Below the pieces are notes generated by a model that was not told the DNA's origin, made no database searches, and worked only from the letters and a program-made list of their open reading frames with translations. A DNA stretch of 64,000 bases. Origin: a virus (taxonomy: Duplodnaviria > Caudoviricetes). This document shows, piece after piece, positions 1 to 9,136 of the stretch. How positions within the stretch are numbered: position 1 is the stretch's first letter; each line of letters begins with the position of its first letter. Made by a program: the position numbers and the translations under genes. Where the stretch lies: positions 1 through 64,000 of IMG/VR virus record IMGVR_UViG_3300045526_000235. One strand, 5' to 3'.

Positions 1-379
1 TAATTTCCACGTACACTTCAGCGTCCTTATCATAACGAGAGGAGCTGATAACTTGGAAAGCTTCATCAAAGCTATTAGGCAGGAAAACAGTACCGTCAAC
101 ATCCTTTTGGAAATAGGACGTAATAGATGCAGTGGCCTGCGAAGTGACGATCACGCTATCAGCAAAACCGCCGCCGCCAAGCAGATAGAACTCTTGGTTG
201 TTGTCGTTGAAGGCAACAGAAGCAGTGGTGGCTGCTTGCAGCGTATAAAGCGTAGGAGCGCCACTAACAGTGAAGGTAGCGCCGCTCTGGGAGATAATGG
301 GACGGGAGGTGCCGGTGATGGAGCCAACGCGCACAATCACGTCTTGGCTCTTTACCAGTTCTGTGGGATGGTAGAGCAT
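1..379 (-). CDS. probable major tail tube protein, 5' part (runs off the left end)
   Basis: Hand translation gives an open frame from ATG at 379 to base 1 (MLYHPTELVKSQDVIVRVG...SVAFNDNNQEFYLLGGGGFADSVIV...). It directly follows the head-tail adaptors. Confidence 0.6.
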   Translation of the reverse strand, partial: MLYHPTELVKSQDVIVRVGSITGTSRPIISQSGATFTVSGAPTLYTLQAATTASVAFNDNNQEFYLLGGGGFADSVIVTSQATASITSYFQKDVDGTVFLPNSFDEAFQVISSSRYDKDAEVYVEI

Positions 380-412
380 GGGGAGAATCCTCAGCGATGA
401 AAGAGAAAGTGA

Positions 413-802
413 TTAAGCGTTGTCCACGCTTCCTTTACCAACCAGTCTAAAAATACCCCTGATTGGCGTGCCGAGAAATTGCCAATAATGTTCAGCAATT
501 TGCTCGTTAGGCAACAGTTCAAATCTTCCTTCCCTCCCGTTGATCGTTGCTTGCGCTGAATCACCAAATGTCACGCCAGAAAGCGTAAGAGGATTAGTGA
601 GTCTGCCCTCCATATAGACGGCAGTATTATCAGCGCCAAGCAATTGATCGTATTGAGGATTCCGCTTTTGCTTTAATGAGGCGTAAAATGTAGTGTTAGA
701 TGATACTGCCACATAATTGCCAGTATCGCTATCCAATGCATATCCTGATGCCACGCTAAACACCAATGAGGCATTTGCTAATGGCATCAAGAAATTGGTC
801 AC
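413..802 (-). CDS. head closure / head-tail joining protein
   Basis: 129 aa, beta-rich, GTG start overlapping the stop of the DUF4054-like gene; canonical position after the adaptor. Confidence 0.55.
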   Translation of the reverse strand: MTNFLMPLANASLVFSVASGYALDSDTGNYVAVSSNTTFYASLKQKRNPQYDQLLGADNTAVYMEGRLTNPLTLSGVTFGDSAQATINGREGRFELLPNEQIAEHYWQFLGTPIRGIFRLVGKGSVDNA

Positions 803-1110
803 ACTACAAACCCCACAGCAGAATCGGGAAGTGAATTAAGCATACGCTTGAACTCTTGTCCATATTGAGAAGCATCAAGCCCCTCGCCATATACCTTGCC
901 ATCGGTGGCACCAATTTGAATGCCCATTTGCGCAAGTTGAATGGCAATAATGTGCGCCGCTAGAAACTTAACTGCCCTATCAGTTTGGCTGCCAAACACA
1001 TCTTCCGATGCATCGTAAATGGCCTCACTGATTGCCCCGTTCACAATGCCCGATGGATGGGGAGTGAATTCAGGGAAACGCTCAAGAAAACTTGCATAGG
1101 TGACGGCCAT
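799..1110 (-). CDS. DUF4054-like head-tail adaptor
   Basis: FLERFPEF N-terminus, AVKFLAAHIIA helix and YGQEFKRML motif; synteny with DUF2184 capsid. Confidence 0.75.
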   Translation of the reverse strand: MAVTYASFLERFPEFTPHPSGIVNGAISEAIYDASEDVFGSQTDRAVKFLAAHIIAIQLAQMGIQIGATDGKVYGEGLDASQYGQEFKRMLNSLPDSAVGFVV

Positions 1111-1112
1111 AA

Positions 1113-1499
1113 TCAGGCTTTCCCAATACGAATGGCTTCTTGCCGTTTAGAAATGGCGTTCCTCACGCGAATACGTCCTTCTTTCTTTTTCCACTCAGTC
1201 AGTTTATCTGCATTGTGGATAAGTTCGATGGCGCGAATAGCCTGAGAAAGAGGCAATGCCGCAAGACTATCAGTGTCGTCAGGAAGTTCCTCTACAACAA
1301 GACGATCTTGCAGTTCTTCAATGGCCCCAATCGCCAAAAGGCGCTTGACAGTTTTATTGGCCTTGGCTTCTTGCCATTTCTCTTCAGGAATATCCTGATT
1401 AAGACCAGGCACTAATTGAATAATGCCTGTACGGGTGATAATGCCAAAACCAGCTTCACGCGGCGGATTTTCAAGTTCGGGGCGGTAAGCAATTAACAT
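1113..1499 (-). CDS. capsid-associated hypothetical protein
   Basis: 128-aa ORF between the major capsid and adaptor genes, tightly packed. Confidence 0.6.
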   Translation of the reverse strand: MLIAYRPELENPPREAGFGIITRTGIIQLVPGLNQDIPEEKWQEAKANKTVKRLLAIGAIEELQDRLVVEELPDDTDSLAALPLSQAIRAIELIHNADKLTEWKKKEGRIRVRNAISKRQEAIRIGKA

Positions 1500-1554
1500 G
1501 CGTGTTCTATAGAACTGTTTATAAGCTTAACGCCCCTCCCTCGATTAACTATCC

Positions 1555-2463
1555 TCAGCTAGACGCTTGAACGTAGATGACGCTCTTCGGATAGTAAATG
1601 GCCACGCCACCAACGCGAGCATGAGCAGGAACGATGAATTCCAGGCCACGCTGCTGGGGCGGGAACAGTTCAAGAGGCTGAGGAATGTGCAGTTGCACTT
1701 TCTCGGGATCGCGCTTGTACACAACCATGCGGTTGGTATTGAGCTCGCTGTTAGCAGCATCAAGCTGGTTAATGGGTTCAATGCTGCGGATGTAAGGGTT
1801 GGTGCGCAGGAAATACTCCAGCACGGTCACATCCGAAGAGTCGGAATTACGACGAGTGGAAATTTCACGATAGTCTTCCCATGCCATGAGAATCGTATCG
1901 GGCTGCTCCTTCATCTTGGAGGCGTTGATGATAGCCGTCACGCCATAGTTCAGCAGATCCAGCATTTCCTGGGCAGTGGTGCCACTATCAGTGAACCACT
2001 TATCAGCCGCCACCACGTCAACAGTGTTATTGTTGAAGAAGCCCTTCAGGCCAACAGCAGCCTCGCCAAACAGAGCGATGTCCTCGACTTTCTCCTCATA
2101 GGCGCGACGCACAGCAGCAGCACGACGCTGCTCCAGGGCGATGTTGGCCATTTGAGCAGCACGCAGTTCCTGCACGGTGTAACCAAAGCTGCCACCAATG
2201 GAACGGATGTTGAGGCTCTTCTCAACCTGGCTGATATCGGCACGCGGCAGATCATCAGCAGCATCAGAGATAAGCTTGAATTCACCAGTCGAATCCATGA
2301 TCCGATAGGTGAAGGTTTGAGCGCCAGGACCGGCTTCGCTAGTCACAGGCAGAATCGTGGGGTATTTGATATCGGCATAAGCGATTTCAAACACCTGAGG
2401 GCGAATGTACTCAAGCTGCCGCTCAAGAAACAGGCCCGCATCATCCATACGGAATTCAGACAT
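1555..2463 (-). CDS. major capsid protein (DUF2184 family, HK97 fold)
   Basis: FLERQLEYI...YADIKY, GGSFGYTVQELRAA and ARVGGVAIYYP motifs; follows the decoration and DUF2213 genes. Confidence 0.9.
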   Translation of the reverse strand: MSEFRMDDAGLFLERQLEYIRPQVFEIAYADIKYPTILPVTSEAGPGAQTFTYRIMDSTGEFKLISDAADDLPRADISQVEKSLNIRSIGGSFGYTVQELRAAQMANIALEQRRAAAVRRAYEEKVEDIALFGEAAVGLKGFFNNNTVDVVAADKWFTDSGTTAQEMLDLLNYGVTAIINASKMKEQPDTILMAWEDYREISTRRNSDSSDVTVLEYFLRTNPYIRSIEPINQLDAANSELNTNRMVVYKRDPEKVQLHIPQPLELFPPQQRGLEFIVPAHARVGGVAIYYPKSVIYVQASS

Positions 2464-2478
2464 TGTTAGAGCCTCCTA

Positions 2479-3039
2479 TCAAGAATCAGCAGAGAGAGTG
2501 AAGGACGGGCCGTTCAGTTCAAGAACAGCGATGCCAGCACCAGTGGTGGAGGAAAGGAAACGAGCGCCTGCCAGACGAACAGTTTTGCCCGATGCAAAAG
2601 CATGGGAGAACTGACCAGCCTTGCCAGTGCCGCTTGCTGCATACAGCACGCGAACAGGCGATGCAGGGGTGACGGCGCCAGTCACATAGACGGCGATTGC
2701 ACCTTCGCTCACCACATTCATGGCTTGATCCACTTTCACGCCAGGACGGCTGTCGCCATCGAGGGCGGTTTCGTCCACATAGGTGAGAGCATTAACGCCC
2801 AGGAACGTATCACTAGTAGCGGAAATGGTTTTAGCGCCAAGACCGTTAGTACCAGTGCTGTCATACACAACGGCATTGCCGAAGGGAATAACAACAGCGG
2901 TTTCGTTGATGCGAGTAACAATCGTATTGTTACGAATGTCGGAGAGTTGACCTTCCAGCAGGGCGGTATGCTCCAGGGCGTAAGCCTGTTGCACGCCACC
3001 AGCCGCAGCGGTTCCCGACGCAGTAAAAACTACAGCCAT
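2479..3039 (-). CDS. head decoration / cement protein
   Basis: 186 aa, IPFGNAVV and GAIAVYVTGAVTP motifs; located between DUF2213 and the capsid gene. Confidence 0.75.
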   Translation of the reverse strand: MAVVFTASGTAAAGGVQQAYALEHTALLEGQLSDIRNNTIVTRINETAVVIPFGNAVVYDSTGTNGLGAKTISATSDTFLGVNALTYVDETALDGDSRPGVKVDQAMNVVSEGAIAVYVTGAVTPASPVRVLYAASGTGKAGQFSHAFASGKTVRLAGARFLSSTTGAGIAVLELNGPSFTLSADS

Positions 3040-3041
3040 GA

Positions 3042-4244
3042 TTACTTAGCCTCCTTAGAGATGGAGAGAGGGCGCTTCCAAGCATTTTGCAGCCAATCCA
3101 TATAGGCGGACGGTGCAGCAACGGGAGCGGCTAACGAAGCCACGCTTTTGCGCAGCTCATCGGTGACGGCAGAATCCTTGCGGGAAGCTTCCGACAGAGT
3201 GTCAAACATTGCCTGCACATAGTCATCAGACTTTTCAGACAGGTCAATGCTGTCGCCACGCACAGCAACGATGGAATCCACCATCACTTCACGAGCAGTT
3301 TTGCCGCTGAATTCATAAGCGGCATCAAGAACAGGCTTAGCTTTTTCAATGAGAGCAAGACGCTCTTCGACCATGGAATCAAAATTGATTTCCTTGGCAG
3401 CAGCCAGTTCGGCTTTCAGTTCTTCGACGTGCTCAGCCAGAGCATCGGCGCGACCCTCAGCGGAATCACACTTGCCCTTCATTTCTTTTTCCATGGCATC
3501 CATTTCGGACTTCATGGAATCAGCAGCGGCTTGCAGCTCGTCGTACTTTTTCTTCATGTCCTCATAGGACATTTTGGCGTCTGCACGTTCTTTAGTGATC
3601 GCCAGAGCAACGCTCTCGCTCACCTCAAACTCGGCGCCGTCAAATACGACATTTGCAGTCATAAGACGTTCCTCTTGTTTAGAGAATAAAGATGGATCGG
3701 CTGCATCTTGACGATCAAGATGAAGCTTCACTTGCGGGCCTGCACGGCCACGACGAACGACAGCGATGTGATTACCAATGATTTCCTTTTGGATGCCATC
3801 GTAATGTTCGCCGTCTTCCGTAACGCCAGGATTGGGATCATAATTCACCCTATATCCGGCGCTCACTTCGCGAGCATCGCCTCGCATGATGCGTTCAATG
3901 GTATCTTTATCAGTGATTGTCATCACTGCTTTAACAAAACCATTGTCATACACCACTTCAGTGCCACTAAAGCCCACTTGATAGTCTTTAGTGTTGTCTG
4001 CGTCCAAAAGGACGGGAGGATGTTCAGAAGTGATGGCCTTGCCAGCAAATGAGGCTAGGCTCTCGGGAGACGCCACTTCGGAAGGTGGACGATATTCTCG
4101 CCGAACAGAACCATCAGCATCTGTGTAATGCTGAATGCCCGTGCGAGCAATAGAAGCCCACGCCCGAAGATAACCTTCCGGCGTGATTTCGTATTTCTCA
4201 ATAGGAGAGAAATCGTACCTACAGGATGTGGTGCCCATAAACAT
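3042..4244 (-). CDS. DUF2213 prohead protease with C-terminal coiled-coil scaffold
   Basis: TPEGYL, ARTGIQHY, ITSEHP, EVSAGY and NHIAVVRRGRAGPQVKLHLD motifs, then a coiled coil; start may be 4238. Confidence 0.9.
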   Translation of the reverse strand: MFMGTTSCRYDFSPIEKYEITPEGYLRAWASIARTGIQHYTDADGSVRREYRPPSEVASPESLASFAGKAITSEHPPVLLDADNTKDYQVGFSGTEVVYDNGFVKAVMTITDKDTIERIMRGDAREVSAGYRVNYDPNPGVTEDGEHYDGIQKEIIGNHIAVVRRGRAGPQVKLHLDRQDAADPSLFSKQEERLMTANVVFDGAEFEVSESVALAITKERADAKMSYEDMKKKYDELQAAADSMKSEMDAMEKEMKGKCDSAEGRADALAEHVEELKAELAAAKEINFDSMVEERLALIEKAKPVLDAAYEFSGKTAREVMVDSIVAVRGDSIDLSEKSDDYVQAMFDTLSEASRKDSAVTDELRKSVASLAAPVAAPSAYMDWLQNAWKRPLSISKEAK

Positions 4245-4298
4245 ACTTTACAATTACTTCTATTCTGCCTAGACTAATTATTCAAAGGAGAATAAGAA

Positions 4299-4583
4299 AT
4301 GATGTTTTTAGCGAGAAGTACGACGGATGCTCTCAAAATGCCTTATCAACAGGCTCGTCTGCTCATTGCTTCTCGCATTAAAGAAGCCCGCCTAAATAGC
4401 GGACTTTCTCAGCAAGCTGTTGCTAAAGAACTTCACATTAGCCAATCCTCTTACAGTCGGATGGAGCGTGGTGAACTTTCTCCTGATTGCGCTCAAATTC
4501 GTTTTCTAAGTGGCTTCTATGGAATCAGCGTGCTTTATTTAATGGGCTATCCATCATTCCTTGTTAATGCCACCAAGAATTAG
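4299..4583 (+). CDS. XRE-family helix-turn-helix regulator
   Basis: RIKEARLNSGLSQQAVAKELHISQSSYSRMERG is a textbook HTH_3 pattern. Confidence 0.85.
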   Translation: MMFLARSTTDALKMPYQQARLLIASRIKEARLNSGLSQQAVAKELHISQSSYSRMERGELSPDCAQIRFLSGFYGISVLYLMGYPSFLVNATKN

Positions 4584-4891
4584 TCTTCATCGTCATCATC
4601 GTCTTGCAAATCAGCAAGTTGACTTTCAATGCCTTCCATAATATATGCCTTTGCCATTGCCTCAATTTCAAATACTAAAAATTTAGTGGGTTCAAAATGA
4701 GGGTCGGGCTTTTCGTAAACGCTCATCACATAAATATGTGTTTCGTCTAAACGCCCATTCTTAAAGCATTGCTTTTCAACCAGTTCCCATCGCGACGTAT
4801 TGCGATGTTCATTGGCCGAAAGAATGGCTAATGCCTTCATTAGACCAATGCCTTCGTCTTCCTCTTCCATAACACGCACAAATTCGCTCAT
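4580..4891 (-). CDS. hypothetical protein
   Basis: 103-aa ORF with an acidic tail, in gene-dense context. Confidence 0.6.
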   Translation of the reverse strand: MSEFVRVMEEEDEGIGLMKALAILSANEHRNTSRWELVEKQCFKNGRLDETHIYVMSVYEKPDPHFEPTKFLVFEIEAMAKAYIMEGIESQLADLQDDDDDED

Positions 4892-4939
4892 GAGATTTTT
4901 GCAATCTCACAACATCCTAAAGGCGAAAGCCAAAATGTA

Positions 4940-5212
4940 CTACTTTTTCTTGCAGCTTCCGTCCATCTCTTCTTCCATGCCAGTCTCCTCCTCTTCGCCT
5001 TCGGTTTCAATGCAGATCATCGCATCAATATAGGCATCCACATAAGCATCACTTTTGCCCTTCATCGACATGCCTGCTTCAGACATAGCAATTGCAATGG
5101 CCTGCTTACGGCTCTTAACTGGTTCACCACTGCTACTCTTCAGCGTGCCAGCTTTAAATTCGCGCATTACCTTAGCAACTTTCTTTTGCTTTGCTTTCTT
5201 GTCCATGGTCAA
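4940..5212 (-). CDS. small basic protein (DUF6496-like)
   Basis: KVAKVMREFKAGTLKSSSG...SRKQAIAIAMSEAG motif, common in phages. Confidence 0.7.
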   Translation of the reverse strand: MTMDKKAKQKKVAKVMREFKAGTLKSSSGEPVKSRKQAIAIAMSEAGMSMKGKSDAYVDAYIDAMICIETEGEEEETGMEEEMDGSCKKK

Positions 5213-5221
5213 ATAAATAGC

Positions 5222-5932
5222 TTAAAAATAGTCTACGTCATGCACTGGAAGCAATCGACCTTCCTGAATTGCTTGTGCTCTTGATGGAAAACTAAGCTTG
5301 AATTGCGCTCTTTCGTAAAGACCAAAATAATTATTGCCGTATTTAGACGATGGGCATTCCATTGTGTAATGATTTAATTCCGTTTCATGCATATTTGCCA
5401 CTTTGCAAGGAATGGTTCCAGTCCAAAATTCATGATGCATTCTGCTGGGATCATCGAGATAATCCAGAGAAAGCTTGCGCAAATACGATGCATTAGCCCA
5501 CCAATAGTTTCCCGATGGATGAGGAACGGGATAGGTGCGCCAATTAACAGTGGCAAGATCATGGTCGTCTAAATACGATACAGCAAGCCTCCAATTAACA
5601 ATCAAGAAGTGTTGCATCATCATGCGCCAATCATCTTGATTTCTCGTGGGATGAGAAATGCCTTTGCTATGCATATAGAGAATGCGGGCATTCTCATCCT
5701 GATCGGCAATGCTACGCGCCAACAAAAGAGATGGCTTCTCAGCGAAACCATCTTCTCTTTGTATGATCGTGCAATTGCCTAAACACGGCACTTTTTCCGT
5801 GCCATTTACAGACAAAATTAGGCGAGCATTTGCCAGTAAACCACTGCTATATATAAGCCCTATTTGCTCGGCAAACAATTGCTCCCATCTAGTGGTTTGA
5901 TATAGATGGTAAACAATGTAGAGTTGGCTCAT
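5222..5932 (-). CDS. glycosyltransferase-like protein
   Basis: ILYMHSKG and HPSGNYWWANASYLRKL motifs of a phage glyco-cluster family; last gene of the GT cluster. Confidence 0.55.
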   Translation of the reverse strand: MSQLYIVYHLYQTTRWEQLFAEQIGLIYSSGLLANARLILSVNGTEKVPCLGNCTIIQREDGFAEKPSLLLARSIADQDENARILYMHSKGISHPTRNQDDWRMMMQHFLIVNWRLAVSYLDDHDLATVNWRTYPVPHPSGNYWWANASYLRKLSLDYLDDPSRMHHEFWTGTIPCKVANMHETELNHYTMECPSSKYGNNYFGLYERAQFKLSFPSRAQAIQEGRLLPVHDVDYF

Positions 5933-6540
5933 TGATCATTTCTCACGACAAGCATAAGATCGTCATAGCGGCCTTTCCTTCCGCGAATGTCCACTTCTTC
6001 AATGCTCATTGTGCTCGGCACTTCTGCAAGAAGAGAATCGTACCAAGATGGGCTCTGAATATCTTCGACTACAGCTACGCCTCCTTTCTTCAAGAGAGGC
6101 AGATACAAACGCAGGAAATCAATCTGACTTTGAAGAGAATGCGGACCGTCGTCAATAGCTAAGTCCAGACCATCAGGCGCAAGCTCTTTAATGCGATTGA
6201 TTGCCTCAGAAGTGTAGGCATCTTGAATGAGAAGAGCATGGCGCTCCTTGTCCATGCGAGTCGGAACACTTTCGTGATAACTTTTCTCAATATCCACGCC
6301 AATGACAAAGCATTTAGGAAGTAGATCATGCCAAAGCAAAATGCTGCCACCAAGCTGCACTCCCACTTCCAAAACAGTGCATTCCTTGTCCATCAAAGGG
6401 CGCATAAGCTCTTCATATACTGGGCCGTAAGAATGTAAAGTTTGTTTATCAGTGCCGCCGGGCTTTTCAAAGCCATTAACATTTTGGGCGTTAAGAATGG
6501 CATCAATCTTAGGAGCCTGAGTGAGTTCTGCGAGTTTCAT
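5929..6540 (-). CDS. class I SAM-dependent (sugar O-)methyltransferase
   Basis: DKQTLHSYGPVYE, VLEVGVQLGGS, IDDGPH and GGVAVVEDI motifs (MycE/CmcI-like). Confidence 0.85.
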   Translation of the reverse strand: MKLAELTQAPKIDAILNAQNVNGFEKPGGTDKQTLHSYGPVYEELMRPLMDKECTVLEVGVQLGGSILLWHDLLPKCFVIGVDIEKSYHESVPTRMDKERHALLIQDAYTSEAINRIKELAPDGLDLAIDDGPHSLQSQIDFLRLYLPLLKKGGVAVVEDIQSPSWYDSLLAEVPSTMSIEEVDIRGRKGRYDDLMLVVRNDQ

Positions 6541-7718
6541 TGGAACTGAGTGATGGAAGGAAGAAGAGTGTAGATATTGCCACCAAAATCATTGCTAAGT
6601 GATTTGGCAATGTGAGAAGCAAAATTATGAGCAAGAATAATAATGTTATCTACTGATTCAGTCTTAAGCCTGTCCCTAGATACCACTTCAAAGCCGGTGC
6701 CAGGAATAAACTTCCCTTGTTTATCTAAGGTGTCGTCAACAACAAAAGCATCTGGCATATTTTCAATGGTCAAAGCTAAAGCATTGAGAAACACGCATCC
6801 CTTTGCCGCAGCGCCAAAGAAAACAGTGCGCCCTTTAAGACTCCGCAGAAAGTCAAAGCTTTTGTTGATATGGTCGTAACATTGAGCGTTGAATTTATCC
6901 AGGTGTAGTAGCTTTTCTTTTTGACGATAATCTTGAATGGTAGAAGTGATTTGGGGAGGTGCTAAATCTTTGTTTGTCATCCACATCCGCATTGAACCAC
7001 CATGAATTGCTTGCTCTTGCAAGTGAATCACTCGCAGGCCGTAAGCATTAAACAAGTCAACCAATGGTGAAATAAGCCAATAATAATAATGCTCGTGATA
7101 AAACTGGTCAAACTGCAGCGTAGATAGCGTCGTCAAAGTATACGGAAACTCCAGCACCCACACGCCATCCAAATACTTAACAATGCCACGCACAAACGAA
7201 TGGATGTCTTTGGTGTGTTGAAACACATTGGTTGAAACGATCAAATTAGCTTTTGGAAGATCCATTCGATCGCTAAAAAAGCCGCAATGATATTCAATGC
7301 CTGCCTCTTCATTAACTTCACGCAAGTTGCTACTAGCGTCAACATTGATAAGACGCTTTGGAGGCGTGCCGCTCCAAAACGAGTGGGTTTGTGAATGTTC
7401 TCGGAAAGCTTTCAGTAGCGTCCCATCGTTGCCGCCAATGTCCATGACGGTTTCTAAGTTGAGGTGGGAAAGGCTTTCGTACATCTTTTTGCAATGCTCG
7501 ATGTACGGGCCGTTCACTCCGCTGCGATAAAGATAGTGCGCATACAGCTCGCTAGGCGGGACTTCCGTGTCAAGATGAATGGTTAAATCGTCTTGATATA
7601 TAGCCTTCAGTGGATAACGCTTGGCATGCAAAGCTTCTTCTGCAGTCGCTTTGAGATTGTTCACTAACGGCTGATCAATAAGATCAAGCAATACCTTCCC
7701 CATGCGGTTAAGGCCCAA
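6537..7718 (-). CDS. NDP-hexose C-methyltransferase-like protein
   Basis: DQPLVN, MDIGGNDGTLL, FDQFYHEHYYY, HGGSMR, FFGAAAKG and DDTLDKQGKFIPGT motifs; start probably 7703. Confidence 0.85.
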   Translation of the reverse strand: MGLNRMGKVLLDLIDQPLVNNLKATAEEALHAKRYPLKAIYQDDLTIHLDTEVPPSELYAHYLYRSGVNGPYIEHCKKMYESLSHLNLETVMDIGGNDGTLLKAFREHSQTHSFWSGTPPKRLINVDASSNLREVNEEAGIEYHCGFFSDRMDLPKANLIVSTNVFQHTKDIHSFVRGIVKYLDGVWVLEFPYTLTTLSTLQFDQFYHEHYYYWLISPLVDLFNAYGLRVIHLQEQAIHGGSMRMWMTNKDLAPPQITSTIQDYRQKEKLLHLDKFNAQCYDHINKSFDFLRSLKGRTVFFGAAAKGCVFLNALALTIENMPDAFVVDDTLDKQGKFIPGTGFEVVSRDRLKTESVDNIIILAHNFASHIAKSLSNDFGGNIYTLLPSITQFQ

Positions 7719-8427
7719 TAAAGCCTTGTTGAATGTTGTACAGCGGGATTCTAGGGATGAATTTATCCTTGAACATAATGATGCCAGTTAGCAAACGCTC
7801 CGACAAAAATGCCATAGCTCGCTGGTCGTATCCTTGAATGAGGCGGATGTCCTCTTCGTAAATTTCCCAGATGGGCCATAAGCAAGAAAACAAAAGCGTC
7901 ATTAATGTTTTGTAGTGCTCCCAATTGCCAACTGCCATTGGACCCCCCTGGAAATATGGCTGGTTCCATATCGCAGCCATTTCCTCTGCAGTAAAAGGAA
8001 GTTTTCCTGCATTGGCAACGCTCATCGTCATTCCCACGCCATCGAACCGATGACCGCCGCAAAACTGTTGCGCTAACGAACAGTTAAATCGACATGGCAC
8101 ACTTAGGCAAAGGCCATCTTTAGGCGCCATGGCGAGGTCTCTGTCATGCCAAAACCTTCGATGCTGAGCGTTCCCAATAAATGACTCCGTATTCGTCTGA
8201 AGCAAGTAATGAATAGCGGTCAGTTCTCCCCACCATGGATTAAGGGTGGAAATATTGTCCTGACATTCATCGTCAAACAAGCATCCCCTAGATGCCAGTG
8301 CTGCTCTTTCCTCGGGACTGAGCGCATGAGCGTTGGCAATCACTTCTACAGTTTTAAAAGATGACTGATAGCGCATTTTGCTATCAGCCATCCTTACTGC
8401 ATAAATGATTAGATCATCATTTTGCAT
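7708..8427 (-). CDS. DUF4422-like glycosyltransferase
   Basis: DNISTLNPWWGELTAIHYL, GNAQHRRF and RAMAFLSERL motifs; start placed at ATG 8427 (MQNDD). Confidence 0.75.
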   Translation of the reverse strand: MQNDDLIIYAVRMADSKMRYQSSFKTVEVIANAHALSPEERAALASRGCLFDDECQDNISTLNPWWGELTAIHYLLQTNTESFIGNAQHRRFWHDRDLAMAPKDGLCLSVPCRFNCSLAQQFCGGHRFDGVGMTMSVANAGKLPFTAEEMAAIWNQPYFQGGPMAVGNWEHYKTLMTLLFSCLWPIWEIYEEDIRLIQGYDQRAMAFLSERLLTGIIMFKDKFIPRIPLYNIQQGFIGP

Positions 8428-9136
8428 AAGCTGCCCTTTTAGCCCATAGTTCGTTGTAGTTATTAACGCTTTTGGCACCAAGTCCTGTTAAATCGCCACC
8501 GCCAGAAGGCTTGGACCACGCAAGAAGCGTGCCATCAGGAAGAACAAAGGCCCTGTTCTTTTGTTCGTGCGTAGGAGTCAGTTCTAAATAATCGCCATAA
8601 ACAAAGTTGGCGTTGCCACCATTGGATGCCAATGCAGCTCCAAGTAACGTGGGGCCAGTGGGGCACAATGGAGTGATGCCATAGTATTCTTCTTCGCAAT
8701 TATTGACAATCATTTCGATGGCAATTTGCAAAGCAAGGTTATCGGGCTTGGAATAAAGAACAGTTGTGGCACACGCCCAGCTTGTATAGCTAAAACGCTG
8801 AATGTCCCTAAAAGCCAAGAATTCAATGCGTTCACCAATGTCTACGGCGTTGATGGCCCTCACGCCAATGTCAAAATACCATCCTCCCAGCTTATTTAGC
8901 AAACAAAAGCGACCAAGATCGGCTTTGTAAGAGAACGGAACAAGCTTGTCATAAGCCCACAGCACTTTCTCGTCATAGTTGTCCGCAATAAATGCTCGCA
9001 ATGTTTCATTGTTATAAATGACGTGCTCTGCATTGGGAAACCATGCATCAATTGTGCCGGTGCAATGTTCAAGAAAAGGGCTAAGCTTTTCTTCTGGATC
9101 GTTAGTTAAAAAGATTTGCGAGATTTGCATGATCAA
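8417..9136 (-). CDS. GT32-like (DXD sugar-binding) glycosyltransferase
   Basis: YKADLGRFCLLNKLGGWYFDIG and PTGPTLLG motifs. Confidence 0.85.
   Translation of the reverse strand: MIMQISQIFLTNDPEEKLSPFLEHCTGTIDAWFPNAEHVIYNNETLRAFIADNYDEKVLWAYDKLVPFSYKADLGRFCLLNKLGGWYFDIGVRAINAVDIGERIEFLAFRDIQRFSYTSWACATTVLYSKPDNLALQIAIEMIVNNCEEEYYGITPLCPTGPTLLGAALASNGGNANFVYGDYLELTPTHEQKNRAFVLPDGTLLAWSKPSGGGDLTGLGAKSVNNYNELWAKRAAYAK

Noticed and set aside
1555-2463. Encapsulin/linocin interpretation of the DUF2184 protein
   Set aside because: It lies in a full portal-protease-decoration-adaptor context, so it is the phage capsid
1567-2469. 300-aa plus-strand ORF; likewise 16745-17443, 24960-25787 and 26703-27722
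   Set aside because: Antisense shadows of well-supported genes (capsid, nrdB, early ORFs, DUF932) with no recognisable motifs
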